Origin: Octopus sinensis
Lineage: Eukaryota
Assembly: GCF_006345805.1 (NCBI RefSeq)
Contig: NC_042997.1
Span: forward strand, 92,566,001 to 92,630,000
Reading direction: 5' to 3'
Length of the DNA stretch: 64,000 nt
The notes under the pieces were generated by a model. That model saw only the letters and a program-made list of their open reading frames with translations, was not told the origin of the DNA and did no database searches. Shown here piece by piece: positions 26,441 through 40,149 of the stretch (within the stretch, counting starts at the first letter, position 1; each line of letters starts with the position of its first letter). The translations under genes were made by a program, and so were the position numbers.

Positions 26441-28744
26441 GATAATGTTTATATTTGCATATATAATTAATGATTCAAGACTGATTTAAGACAAAACGAA
26501 TCTAACATGAGTCAGTGTCACTTAAAACTCGCTTTATTTTCTTTTACTTGTACAGCAGAGAAGAAACTATTGAAGTTTTCCCATTTGTCACACAATCTAT
26601 TCTTATATATATATTTTAAAGACTATGTTAAACTTCCCAGAACGGTTTTCTTATATATTATTTTAACTCCAATTCATCAGCATCGTATTACGCCAGCTGT
26701 TTAAAAACAGACGGATTATACTTACATCACTTGTCACATTCATACATCTTCAGGATTTTTAATCTTTCTCGAGGCTAATAAATGTCTTGGAAACTAAAAG
26801 TGATTTATTTTGTTTTCATTATTGTTAGTTTGTTTTCAAATTTCGCTCACAATTGTTTATGCTACAATACTTTTTTCAATCAAATAATTATTTTCAGATC
26901 TGACTTTTGTTTCTCTCTTTACATACCCTTCTCACATGTACATACGCAACTGTTTTGATATCATTGCCTTTTATCGAAAACAGTAGAGGCCGAACCGCTT
27001 TTTATCTCAATACTACCGACGATAATCAATTGAATAACATCTGTCGCGAATACATCAATCACACTTAAAAATAAAAAAAACTGAGATTCTATTTCTATTC
27101 ATAGAAATTTCATATCATGTTAAAATGTATTTAGGAAGTTGCGAATGTAAAAAGTAGCAGTTAATTCCCTCTCCAATTACCATCTTGAAAGAGAAATCAT
27201 GGGATAATTTAGTACTGAAAACAAGACAGGATTTTATTCCGTCACAGAGGTTTCACATTATGTGTTGTGTTTAGAATAGGTGCAAACGTCAAAAATAGTA
27301 GCCAAATCTCCCTCCAGTTACACTTCTTTGAAGAAGAAAATACTGGATAATTTAGTACTGAATACAAGACATCATAGTTATGGTTACAACTCATTTCACT
27401 GTGTATCAACTCACACATCCATCCGCGCGCGCACACACACTGTTAAAAGTGATACACCTCGATGTTTCACCCGTTTCAATACCATGAAATTTTATGCAAT
27501 AACCATAATGATAGATATATATGTGTATGCCGAGAGCCGTTAGAGTTGGATAGAATACCTGGCTGTATTTGTTCTGGGAATTGCGCTGTGAGTTCAAATC
27601 ATTCTTAGGTTAACTTTTGCTTTTCATCCTTCCAGGCTTGATAAATAACATATTTCAAAATAACTAACATGCATTCGTTATAATTTGAACACTCGTTTTA
27701 AAAATGTCTATATTTTACATAATTTTTATTTGCCGTTACAGTATGAGAGTATTTTCTTTATTTAAAAAAAATACACACAATGCAAGGACTTAATGCAGGC
27801 ATTTTTCATCGATATACCAAGTATAAATAACTAAAACATACATAAGTTACGATTTTTTCTCAAATTTTCTTTATTTGTTTTCTAATTTTCTGCATGTTGT
27901 CGAGTGACATCCGTTAATTCATTTTAAATCGTGGAGCACAGTTTCAAGACTATTGTAATTCCTACCCGCACCCAATACAGCGCCTCCCTTTCTGCTGTCC
28001 TTAACGCCAGGAATTCGCTGCTTGATGTACATTACTTCTTACTGAAAGTCAAATTACATACACCCTTTTCTTACTTCTTCTATATCCCCCAACACCCTTC
28101 CTTCCTGGAGCTATCTTTTTAAAGTTACATAGTTGATGACATTGTTCCAGCTCTGTTTTTTTTCTCTCTCTTTCACCTCGTCTTTTTATCGCTTGTTCTT
28201 ATACGAAGAACACGAATGTATAAACGTAAGCTCATTTGTCAAACAACCCTGAAGGCCTTATTACTATGTATTATCACGATTGTTATTCGTGTTATTGGTA
28301 ATAAAGAAGATGAAAATAATGGCAATGCTGCAACGAAACAGAATGTTTATTCCTATTGTCTCATGAATCATATGTAAAAACATTTCTCACCTCAGACAAA
28401 CTGAGTTTTATTACTAATAGCATTCAAAAGAAAAGGCGTGTTAGGAATTAGGTAACTTTTTATGTCTACAACGACAATATACTATCCATTGCAGAACAGA
28501 TTTTATTGTGCTTATCATGGCAATTTCCCTTGCTAGATAGAAAAGAATTAGTATGAACGAACATTAATACCAAACCTACTTTACCCTTATCCGTTCAGAA
28601 GCATTTATAGCATTGGCACTGTAACCGTATGCTTATGTCAGTTACCTCCTCTCACACGTCATATCTTTTTTTTTTCTTCTTAATCTGGTCTTGCTTCAGT
28701 CAAAGGGCTGCAAGATAACCGGTTTCAAATTAGTCATAAGGTCA

Positions 28745-28930
28745 TAAGTTTCGGGAAAGGGACTAAGTCGATTTGATCGACATCAGAGCTCAACTGGTAC
28801 TTATTTTATCGACCACAAAAGATGAAAGGCAAAGTCAACCTCGGCCGAATTTGAACTCCGAAAGTAAAGACGGACGAAATGTCGCTAAGCATTTTCCCCG
28901 ACGGGCTAACAGTTCTGCCAGCTCATTGCC
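28745..28930 (-). mobile_element. SINE family A
   Basis: Reverse-complement family A body. Confidence 0.75.
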
Positions 28931-29418
28931 CTATGGTCTGCAAAATAATAATAAAAAATGTTTCAGCAAATGAATTGTACCCCGAAAAGTACTCCGGAAC
29001 GAAATGAACACAAGGGAAAAGTCGAAATCATATGATGCAAAAATTGAGCCCGTTGCTCAATCATTTTATCTACAAGAGCGAAGGCATTGCCGAATATGTT
29101 TCGGAAATATTATAATCACATTAGCGAAGCATGTATGTGGTGCGTGTGCACGCGCGCGAGTAAGTGTGTGTGTTGATGGGTAAACAAACGAAAGAAGAGG
29201 AGGTGAGAGAGAAAGAAAGGGACAGAGAGATAATACCTTGAACGCGGCCTATATATATATATATACGTATATATATATATATATGCATATATATATATAC
29301 ATGGGTAAATTATTTATCTATATATATATATGTACACACATATACACACATATATATGCATACATACATACATACATACATACACACACACACAGACACA
29401 CACACACACACACACATA

Positions 29419-29694
29419 CAAGGTGTGTAAAATATTTGAGGACAGATTTATGTTTATAAAAACAGTTATATAATAACAGATAATAACTTTATTTATCAAA
29501 AAATGTTATGAGGATAAAAATAAACCTTTTCTATAATGTTATTCAATAAAGCTACTTTCAGCTCCAACAACTGCTTCTATATGAGATCAAAATCATCTAC
29601 AGGCTCGAATCAAGTGGCTCTGGTTCATTATGGACATTACTCTGACTATGGTAGCTTTCATAGAATATTTGGTGTTATGGGCGTATTCATTCAC

Positions 29695-29738
<44 letters not shown>

Positions 29739-30698
29739 AACGCACCACATGAAATAGTCCAGTGGAATGAGATCTGAGGAATTAGGAGGCCAAATGTTAG
29801 GTGTTATGTGATCATTAAAATTTTCAGCCATCCATTCCAGTATTACTAGAGCCATGTGTGATTGTGCAGAGTCTTACTGAAACACATATGGCCTTCAATT
29901 GCATATACTGTCTATCCAGAGCTTAATAATTATTTCCAGGACCTCAGTGTAGGCGGCGTAGTTAACTCTAAGGCCTTGTGGAAAGAAGAAGGCACAACAT
30001 ATCCTTCATTGCTGACAACCCCTAAAACCATGACAGTTACAGGAAATTTTGTATGCTTAACACTTGGAACTTCAGAAGTGTCTGCTCATAACTATCTGGC
30101 ATTTCTTCTGTTAACTTTTTGATCTTGGTTGAAGATTTTCTCGTTAGGGAAAAACCAAATCAAATCTTCTGCTGGATTTTTCAGTTTGTTTAAGAGCCTT
30201 TTAGATCTGATGTAATGATTTTCTTTTGCTTTTTCTGATAAATTGACCTTTCCTCATCATATAAGACTTATATCTGATGTTTTCGTGGAGAGAATTTATA
30301 ACTGTTCCTTCTGACACGTGGAGATATTTGGCAATTGACCTCATGGACTTTCTGGGATTGTAATCAATGGTCTGTTGAATTTGCTGGATAAATTCAGGTG
30401 CTCTGGTGATTTCAGAGCGTTTAGAATACTTTTTATGCTTTGATACTGGTGATACATTTCATCTTCAGTCTCTAGTTCCTTACAAACTTTGTAGACGGAA
30501 GATCTGGCAACTTTTAAAAATCGAGATATTTCTAAATCCCTATGCTCAGCCTTTATAACCACAATAACAGCATGCCTCTTCATTTCTTGAGTTAGCTGAG
30601 CGTCTGCTTTTCTTACTTTCTGAAACAAAGATTATACAGAGTTAGCAAAAAAATGCAGCAATGACCCCCAAAATGTATGTCCTGAAATACCTTACGTA

Positions 30699-30703
<5 letters not shown>
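29419..30703 (-). mobile_element. Full-length but decayed Tc1/mariner transposon, maT (DD37D)-like
   Basis: Degenerate ~30-bp TIRs flanked by TA; 1285 bp. Minus-strand peptides MKRHAVIV..ISRFLKVARS, NEKIFNQDQKVNRRN..HTKFPVTVMVLGVVSNEG, WPPNSSDL, HLIRAC..IEAVVGAESSFIE. Exact D spacing not verified. Confidence 0.85.
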
Positions 30704-30777
<74 letters not shown>

Positions 30778-31187
30778 TATATATCTAGCGTCCTGTACGG
30801 AACAGTGCTACTGACGTGTATTGCCTCAAGAAGACATCTCTTCCGGCTGGCTAACGACACACATTCTGTGATCCGATTAGTATTTGCGAGGGGACGTCAT
30901 CGCTCTCATCCCTGGCCTTACGTGATACACACGGACTCGAGTTTCTGAGTAGTTATCCATCCTCAGCGTATGTTAATCACCAGCTAGTGATGAAAACTCA
31001 CCCCACTCGCAAAATTCTATAGGACGCCACACTTGGTTGGCAATTATATATTACGATTCCGTATTGCTACTGTTTACATCTCGCTCAGAGATTTAGTATA
31101 GCCTATATATATATACATACGTATATATATGTATAAATACGTATGTGTATATATATATATATATATACCTACATATATATATATATG

Positions 31188-31223
<36 letters not shown>

Positions 31224-31268
31224 ATATATATATATATGTATATATATATATGTATATATATATAAGAA

Positions 31269-31654
31269 TAAACTATCCTTATATTGCAGAAAAAATCTTT
31301 ACCGGTCAGACTCGAACTCACATCCCTGTGATTACGCGCCAAGTGCATTACCTCTAAGCTAAACTTCCCAGTAACGAATTATTCTGCAATTTTAGGGTTT
31401 ATAAATCTAGCTTTATAAGACGCTAACGTTAAATTCAACTTACGATGAAAGTAAACAAAGAAAATTTGCTTTAGAACTTGAATTTAACGCTAGCATTTTA
31501 TACAGATAGATTTATAAATCCTAAAATTGCAGAGCAATTCGTTACTGGACAATTTAGCTTAAAGGTGAAGCACTTGACGCGTAATGGCAGGAATGTGAGT
31601 TTGAGTCTCATGGCTGGCCAGTAAGATTTTATTCTGAAATATATGGATAGTTTA
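31269..31654. repeat. Fold-back element with tRNA-derived segments in both arms
   Basis: Arms 31269-31438 and 31478-31654 are diverged inverted repeats. A-box-like TAGCTTA.AGG and B-box GTT(C/T)GAGTC in each arm; (TA)n on the left. Confidence 0.75.
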
Positions 31655-32065
31655 TCCTGTTCATGCTATTGTATTAGAATTTTCATGCTTTTGAGGATAA
31701 ACTATTTGTGTATCTTTCAATACATCTCAACGCTTCTAAAGCAAACTTTGTTTGCTTTCATCGTAAGTTGAATACATACATATATATATATACATACACA
31801 CACATATACATATATATATATATATACACCGTGATTTTATGACTGTCTTACATAACAGCAGAAGCCGAGTACGTCTTTGAGGAGCGATCGACAAATTCCG
31901 AAACTTTTCATCAGGAGACTTTTGTTGTATTTTTGTATTTGTACATGAAAAAGATAGAATGTGTTTGCTTTCTTTATATTTCACCCGCAGCCAGGTCTGT
32001 AGTAATTAAATTTACCCTAAACACATACACACACACCACACGCATACATATGTGGCTGTATGTAT

Positions 32066-32119
<54 letters not shown>

Positions 32120-32231
32120 TCATACATACATAAATACATACATACATACATGCATACATACATACATACATACATACATGCATACATACATACGTTTGTG
32201 TACCTATGTTTTGGATGTATATGTTATGTAT

Positions 32232-32560
32232 GAGTGCATGCATGTCTCGCACAACGGGGGGTGATTAAAAAAACTGCGAAGTTAAGTAAAGATTGTTTTG
32301 CTACATATGATGCGTATCCTTCGACAGACGCAATTGAAGTCTGTTTTGGTAATGTCGCACCACAGTCGACAGTTTTCGTTGACGTCGAGAACAGGAAAGC
32401 AGAGCTTTTCTGTAAACCACTTCTTAATCCGACCATCTTAGAATTTATTATTACAATCAGTAAACAAAACTTATGCAATGAGTTTTGATCATTGAATACC
32501 TTAAGCGATAAAACACTGTACAATCTGAAGTTTAACTCCACGCTAATATCTAATTTGTGT
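32232..32560 (-). mobile_element. Possible Tc1/mariner 3' end relic
   Basis: TIR-like CAACGGGGGGTGATTAAAAAAAC; minus-strand VVRHYQNRLQLRL..HHM* resembles a transposase C-terminus. Confidence 0.3.
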
Positions 32561-32794
32561 TTCGTTTTTTTCCTCAGGGTAGAACGAATGTGGATAAAAC
32601 AAGTACCGAGATATCTTTAGATATTTTTGGTCTTTTTCCATAAAAAATGTGCCTTTGTAAGAAATCTATATACTACGTCGTGTCTACGAAAGAGAATCAT
32701 CGTCAGCGAGTTTGCAAACTGAGACAGCAATAGGATTTCGCTTCTAGGTTGTACTGCAATGTCTTGTATAAAATAAAAATAAATGCGCCCCTTT

Positions 32795-33010
32795 TAAATT
32801 CTAGCCAAGCTTATGGGCCCAGTTTCCCGGTTTCTATGGCGTGTGTGTTCCTCAGCTGGACGGGACGCCAGTCCATCGCAGCGTTACTCACTTTTGCCAG
32901 CTGAGTGGAGCAACCTGAAATGAAGTGTTTTGCTCAAGAACACAAAGCGTCGCCCGGTCCAGGAATTGAAACCACAATCTTAGGATCATGGTGCTGACAC
33001 GCGCCTCCAC
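32795..33010 (-). mobile_element. tRNA-derived SINE family C
   Basis: GTGTTCTTGAGCAAAACACTTCATTTC..CACTCAGCTG core on the minus strand; related to 51980-52290. Confidence 0.6.
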
Positions 33011-33237
33011 TATGTCTTGTATAGTATATGATATATACAGAAGTGTGTCATGAACATTAAGCGTTGCTTCTTTCCAGCTTCATTTCTCTCCTGTTTCTTT
33101 ATGACATCAATATCAATACTAACCAATCACTTTTCCCGTCTTCCGTTGATTCTTTGTGAGCAATTAGTGCTTTCTTGTCATATAAAAATGCGTGTTAATA
33201 TACTCACATAAAACATAGGTACAGACACAGACACACA

Positions 33238-33269
<32 letters not shown>

Positions 33270-34394
33270 ACACACACACTCTCTCTCTCTCTCTCTCTCT
33301 ATCTATCTCTCTCTTGCTCGCTCACACATGAATTTAAACAAGTTCCCTGTCATTTGGACCATGAGGTTGTTTGATCAACTGGATGGCCAAAACTTTGAAC
33401 TAACGTTCGTATGGCTGAATATTCCACTGATACGAGTATCCTTAACATAATTCACTGTTAGAATCAACCCGTAATAAAACTGGACTGTAGAATTACAAAT
33501 GCAATCCATCATACAGGCTTCCAAACAGTTTCCGCGAACACAGTTTCGATCAATCCGAATCTTAAAATCACTTACCTACGATCTCACACAATAGGGTCGA
33601 ACCCAGGAAGTACCTCACAAACAAAAATTAGGTCGGCTACAGAAATGTTTCAACACGATCATTTTCTGTACTGCTACGAGCCTAGTAATGATCTTATATT
33701 GTCAGTTCATATTAATGGAGTGGCATGGTTATGTGCTAATCGAAATATTGATATCTACCATTTGTGGTGATTCCTAGGTGAGTTGTCTTGCCTGGTCTGT
33801 GACATTCAGATGTTCTTTAACACTCGGCAGCGTGTAGGAGGCTTTCCGCAGACGCTGTCCAGCAGCAAATTTGGTGTATAAACAAAACACATACATTATG
33901 TATGTGCGACCGCCAATGTTTCTATTCTGCTTAATACTTCAATATGAAGAAGACAGCGCAAATGAGAGATGTTTACTGCTTCGACCAACAATAAATGGAA
34001 AAGAATGAGGTGGAGAAGCTGCATTTCTTTCAGTTTAAAATCAAACATCTCTGCATTTGAACCCAAGCAAGGTATGTGGCTGTACATAACTCGCATTATT
34101 TAGCCAGGAGGCTTAGAATACAATATTGATTAAGAGTTCGATAGTCTTTAAGATGTAAAGTAGTTCTGTCAGTGATCATTAAAGTTTAAGCTGAAGCTCT
34201 ACTCTAAATCTTGCCGAGCCATATTCTGTTAATTGCTTCTTGTGACTGTATTGTATTTCTACACTGGATATTGTGAAAAGTTGTTCTTTCAAAAAAGATA
34301 CTATAAATTAATAAGCGATTCTGTTCTAGGTAAACTAGGATGTCATTGAATTAAATACGTTCAAATCAACTATATACTTAGTTCAGGAGGTTAA

Positions 34395-35660
34395 AGTGGC
34401 AAGCATACCCGAACAAAATGCTTAACGGCATTTCTTCCAGCTCTTTACGTTCCAAGTTCAAATTCCCCGAAGTCGACTTTACTTTTTATCCTTTCGGAGT
34501 TTATAAAATAAGTACCAGTGGAGGACTGGGGCCGATGTAATCGATTAGCCCCCTCGCCCAAAATTCAGGTTTTGTGACAAGAATTAAAAGAAGTATTGCA
34601 GGTAGTTTAAACCATGGCGGAAGTAGTAGAACTACAAGTGCCTCTAGTCTGTCACTTTACTTTGTCCACAGATTTTTTAGAAAATAAGTTTTTGTTTATT
34701 ATTTACTTAACTATAAATTAAAATAATTTCCTGGTGACCTAACTATTGATAGAATATATAAATATGTTCCTTTTGAATGTCGAAAGAGATCGGAGAAACG
34801 CATGGTCCAACAGCCACGTGTTAGACTGAATTTTATTTAATGTGTTTTTGTCCATAATTTACATAACTATTCATTGAGATAATCACCTGATTACTCAAAG
34901 AACTTAATATTTGTATTGAATATGGCGGCGAGCTGGTAGAATCGTCAGCACGCCGGGTGAAATGCTTAGCAGTATTTCGTCTGCCGCTACTTAATATAAT
35001 CGACTTAATCCGTTTGTCTGTCCTTGTTTGTCCCCCTCTGTGTGTAACCCCTAGTGGGCAGCAAAGAAATAAGTATTTCGTCTCCCGTTACATTCTGAGT
35101 TCAAATTCCGCCGAGGTCGACTTTGCCTTTCATCCTTTCGGGGTCGATAAATTAAGTACCAGGTGCGTACTGGTGTCGATCTAATCGACTGGTCCCCTCT
35201 CCCAAACTTTCGGACCTTGTGCCTAGAGTAGAAAAGAATATCTGCACTGAATAGTACGTCTGGCGAAATGCTTAGCGGCATTTCGTCCATCGTTACGTTC
35301 TGAGTTCAAATTCCACCGAGGTCGACTTTGTCCTTCATTCCTTCGTCATTGATAAAATAAGTACCAGTTGAGTACAGATGTCGATGTAATCGATTTACCC
35401 ACTTCCCTGAAATTGCTGGCCTTATACCAAAATTTGAAACCAATATTTGTATTGAACTGCGCGCCGAGCAAAATGCTTAGCAGTATTTCTTCCGCTCATT
35501 ACGTTCTGAGTTCAAATTCCGCCGAGGTTGACTTTGCCTTTCATCCTTGCCGGGTTGATGAAATACGTACCAGTAAATCACTGGGGTCGACATAATCGAC
35601 TTACTCTCCACCTACGAAATTACTAGACTTGTGCCAAAATTTTAAATAAATATTTGTATT
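34395..35660 (+). mobile_element. SINE A array: SINE - ~330 bp spacer - three or four SINE A units
   Basis: Family A bodies at ~34395-34590, 34922-35228, 35259-35445 and 35460-35645; recurring linker ATATTTGTATTGAA. Confidence 0.8.
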
Positions 35661-36151
35661 GAATATCGGAAGAGTTCGAAGAAACACATAGCTCAGCTGT
35701 CATGCGTTAGACTAATTGACCTCATAAAGATTAACTTTGCCCTTTTATATTCTGATTTCAAATCATAGCATGTTCAGTTCTATTTTTCATCCTTCCATGG
35801 TTCATAAAATGGATACCAGGCAGATTCTTTTTAATTATAAGTTGTGCTATTGTCTCAGTACAAGAAATCTGTAAATGAATTGAATTGGACAAGAAGTGTG
35901 CTAGCCTAAATTCTTTCTTTTCCTAATTGTAATACCCATTTGGTCTAGACCTATGGTCCAGTTTCTATAAAGGTAAACAAATGGGAAACAAATTTCCTCG
36001 ATACCCAATCAAATCGGACATCAGTACTGTCAGTTGTCATGATGTTTTACCTCAGTTTACTCATAGAACAGTTGGGACCAATTTTGCCTTTCACTCTTGC
36101 AAAGGCTAAATATAAATACAAGTAACATACTAAATTCAATTAAACAAAAGA

Positions 36152-36244
<93 letters not shown>

Positions 36245-36280
36245 ATCTATACATACAGTATATATAATCCACTACATATA

Positions 36281-36474
36281 CGAGGTGGATGCTGAAACGT
36301 TCCTGTCTTTGAGTAAAAGAAAATACTGGCGGATCAGTTAATCAGGATTTTATCCAGCACATTCCCCTCTCAAATTCACACACCTACTGCAGCGGTAAAA
36401 GAACACGGGAGGTTGGGCTTCTAAACAGGCCTTTCGAGATGCCTCAAAGCCAAGAACTTTTCAGCACCACCTCG
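36281..36474. mobile_element. Mariner-derived MITE (194 bp)
   Basis: TIRs CGAGGTGGATGCTGAAACGTTCCTGTCTTTGAG / CTCAAAGCCAAGAACTTTTCAGCACCACCTCG; TA on the left. Confidence 0.8.
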
Positions 36475-36666
36475 TGTGTGTGTGTGTATGTGTGTGTCGT
36501 GTTGGCAGTTGGAAAAAAGAGTACTCGAAGTAGAGATTAACAATACATTTTTATTTTTGTCGATTCAGTTTCTTGCAATTCTGAGTTTCATCTGTGGGTG
36601 CACAGTAGCAAGACACTAGACCAAAATAATATATATATAATGTATATATTTATTTATTTATGTATA

Positions 36667-36697
<31 letters not shown>

Positions 36698-36702
36698 AGA
36701 GA

Positions 36703-36735
<33 letters not shown>

Positions 36736-37233
36736 GCCTGTGTCCATGTTCTTCAAAGTTGATTTTGTCACTTAGTCTAATAATAAACAAATAAATGAAG
36801 GCGGCTAATTTGCAATATTAGGGGGAAATTTCAGAGGATACTATCATCAGGTTTCCGTTTATTTTGGGCAAATGTTTAAACAGCTGGGAAATTTATCGGA
36901 AGACTACTGTTTTCTCACAACTGTCAGCTGACGACAATTTTTGTAGTTGATATTGTGTAATATTTCTGTGGCTGTTTTCTATAGCCTTTTGATGAAGTTT
37001 GGTACTTTACCTTCGAGCACGTTCCCAGCAAAAATGAAAACATATCTCTCTCATGTCCTTTCGAGCAAGTGGAATTTACGCAAAGTAGAAAGAGTGGAGC
37101 CTTTTTAATTATTTAGATCTAGTGACACTAACTTGAGTCACTTATTTGCTTTAGGCGTCGAAGGAGCGCGTAACAATTTACTCTTCAAAGTAGTTTTGCT
37201 TCCTTTCGAAAAAGTTCCCCTGCCTCAGTTATC

Positions 37234-37316
<83 letters not shown>

Positions 37317-37644
37317 CATATAAATACATATTTAAATAAAAACATTTTTAAAACATAGAAATATTAATATTAAAGGAGACTCCGGCAGCGGTACTGGATA
37401 TTAATAGTTATCGCCAAGCTAATATGTCAGTCCAGAACTATAGGACGAATGCTGCCGTTGATTAGCTCCAAGAGGCCATCGCCTCTAGCTAGCTATGTGA
37501 CACACGAACCTGTGTCCTTTATAACCTTCGAACATGGGATGACAGTCGCTTTCCCTTGCTGGTCAGGCAAAACAAAAATAAAAATAAAAATTATTAATTG
37601 TATAGAAAAAATCTTTGAAAAAAATTGATTGTCATGAACTTTTT

Positions 37645-37797
37645 AGAAGGATATTTTTGTATAGTGTTCGAGGGCTTTCCTTGTTAAGTCTTTCACACAC
37701 GCACCATGGGGTAATCCGTATGATGGTTACCCCATAACACGGGTGCTTGAAAAGCATAACAACAAAAGCGCTTATACACTATACGAAAACTTCCTTT
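37645..37797. repeat. Decayed fold-back element
   Basis: Central ATGGGGTAATC/GGTTACCCCAT; outer TTGTATAGTGT/ACACTATACGA. Confidence 0.55.
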
Positions 37798-38118
37798 CAA
37801 AAGATTTCTGTCCTATTTTTTAGATTGCCTTATATAATTAATAATTTTATTTAAGAAACTATTCCTTGGAATATTTTGAGTGCATCAAGTGTCATTTAGA
37901 AAAACACGAAATATAACTCTGTGTGTGTGAGTGTGTGTGTGTGTAAGTATATATCTGCCTATCTATCTGTCTGTCTCTCTACCTAACTACCTATTTACCT
38001 GTTTAGCTATTTATCTTTCTATCTTCCAATCTACTTATCTACCTGTCTATCTATCTGTTTGAGTATGTGTGTATTTCACCACACACACACACACGCGCGC
38101 ACATACACACACACACAC

Positions 38119-38166
<48 letters not shown>

Positions 38167-38326
38167 GCGTGAAATATAATCATGTATAATTCTTTTAGCA
38201 ATTTTGAATTCGCGAATCTACAACAACCAACAAGCTATTGGCTCATGGAATTCATTCGCTTCAGCGCTACACATTCAAAGAAGCTGTGATGGAATCTAGT
38301 CATTTATATCTATTGCTAGTAAGCCG

Positions 38327-38539
38327 GAAGGCGGCGAGCTGGCAGAAACGTTTGCGCGCCGGGCGAAATGCTTACGTTCTGAGTTCAAATTCCGCTGAGG
38401 TCTACTTTGCCTTTCATCGTTTCGGGGTCGATAAATAAAGTACCAGTTTCGCACCGGGGTCGATGTAAGCGACTTAATCCGTGTGTCTGTCATTGTTTGT
38501 CCTCTCTGTGTGTAGCCCCTTGTGAGTAGTAAAGAAATA
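38327..38539 (+). mobile_element. SINE family A with a 16-bp target-site duplication
   Basis: TATTGCTAGTAAGCCG at 38311-38326 and 38540-38555. Confidence 0.9.
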
Positions 38540-39000
38540 TATTGCTAGTAAGCCGTCATCGATAATGGACGGTTAAAAGATAAGATCTATTTCGTTTCAA
38601 TACCTCCACAAAGTCTGGCCGACACACTCAGTAGAGCTCTTACATATTTAATGATAACTAAAGGATGATTCATGCTAGCTAGCATTCTGCTACTTTCATG
38701 GTTATAGTCTGCTTGAAGATGCCCCTTGTGTTGGTGTTAAACATACAAGGGAGGGCAATGTTTTTGATTTAGCGACAATTGTAAAAGCCTTAATGAATGC
38801 TAGCATTCTTCACAGATAATCGATGCAAGCATGACATACATTTTATTGTCTTATATCTATGTACGTATGTAATATTAGATGAATAGTGGTATGTATGCAT
38901 GCAGATACTATGTTTGTTTGTGTGTGTGTGTGGTTGGATGGATGGATGGACGGTTGAATGGTTGTAAGCATGAATTATGAATATGTCTGAAAGATATAGA

Positions 39001-39040
<40 letters not shown>

Positions 39041-39105
39041 TACAGACACACACACACGCTTACGCGCGCGCGCACACACACACACATATATGTGATATTT
39101 GTGTG

Positions 39106-39136
<31 letters not shown>

Positions 39137-39186
39137 TGTTATATATATATATGTATATATATACATATATATACACATATACATAT

Positions 39187-39221
<35 letters not shown>

Positions 39222-39594
39222 AATATATATACACTTTCCCTCATCTTTTACTTCACTCTGTCCCTTTCCTTTCTTTTTCCTCTTTCTCGTCCCTCCCTAA
39301 TTCTTCAATCCCTCTATCCCCAACCTCTCCCTTCTCCTGACTGGTTTTCCGCCAAGCCTGACCTTTCTTTCTTGGTTCGATTACCAGCCGTGTAGCATCT
39401 TTTGTATTCTGTCCCATGACTTTTATCTCTTATGTTCCTGCCGTAAGGCTTAACTTCCACACACGCCAACTTAAATATAATTTGTCCTTAGTCGAAAGAC
39501 ACCTGTTGTTAATGTCCTGTTGTTTGTATTTGTAATTGTGTACCATTTCACCGGGTTTTTTTGTCGTCCTTGTTTTCGTATATATTCACTTACT

Positions 39595-39800
39595 TTCTTC
39601 CAAGGAGTCTAGTGCTCTTAGCTTAGATTTTCTTGGGGCCGGCCAGATTGGAGCAGTCTCGAGTGTAACCGGCCGAAACTGCAACGACGATCTGGAACTC
39701 GACAGAAGATAGAAAGCTCCGAATGACCTGTCCTTGTTTTTTCCTGTCCTTTTTTGTATCGTCTAGCTGTCTGGATGTTTTGTTGTCGCCTGTTGCGTTC
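39595..39800 (+). repeat. Unclassified repeat family D (reverse copy at ~42760-42840)
   Basis: CGAAA..GA.GATC.GG..CT.GAC.GAAGA..GA..GCT.CGAATG.CCTGTC shared; both copies sit beside microsatellites. Confidence 0.5.
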
Positions 39801-39826
39801 TTGTTCCATTTTTTGTTTGTTTTCTT

Positions 39827-39857
<31 letters not shown>

Positions 39858-40149
39858 CACACCACACACACATATATATATATATATATACATACACACT
39901 ACCAATGGAAGAAGTGTAAAACATAGTAGTATGTGTTATATAGGGTGCAAACATTGTCTAATACAGGACTCTGTACTTGCAGCTGTGATAAGCCGCCAAG
40001 CACGCGCACACCATGTTTCAAAAAAAAAAATCCGGACTATGTAGTACTATCGCAACATTCTAACTACCTGTAACACCGCCTGTGGAGAAGATTACACCAG
40101 TGAAAGCCTGGTGCCAAATGATGCTTCTGGATTTGGTGGATCCTATTGC

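Noticed and set aside
31880-31915. CTGATGA on the minus strand followed by GGAA..GTC (also CTGATGA hits near 23085, 23257, 36850 and 8123)
   Set aside because: Stem II, GAAA and stem I are not jointly satisfied; at best eroded relics.
39630-39690. GGCCGG..CCGGCC-GAAA as a hammerhead in family D
   Set aside because: No CUGANGA-like core or stem I in front of it.
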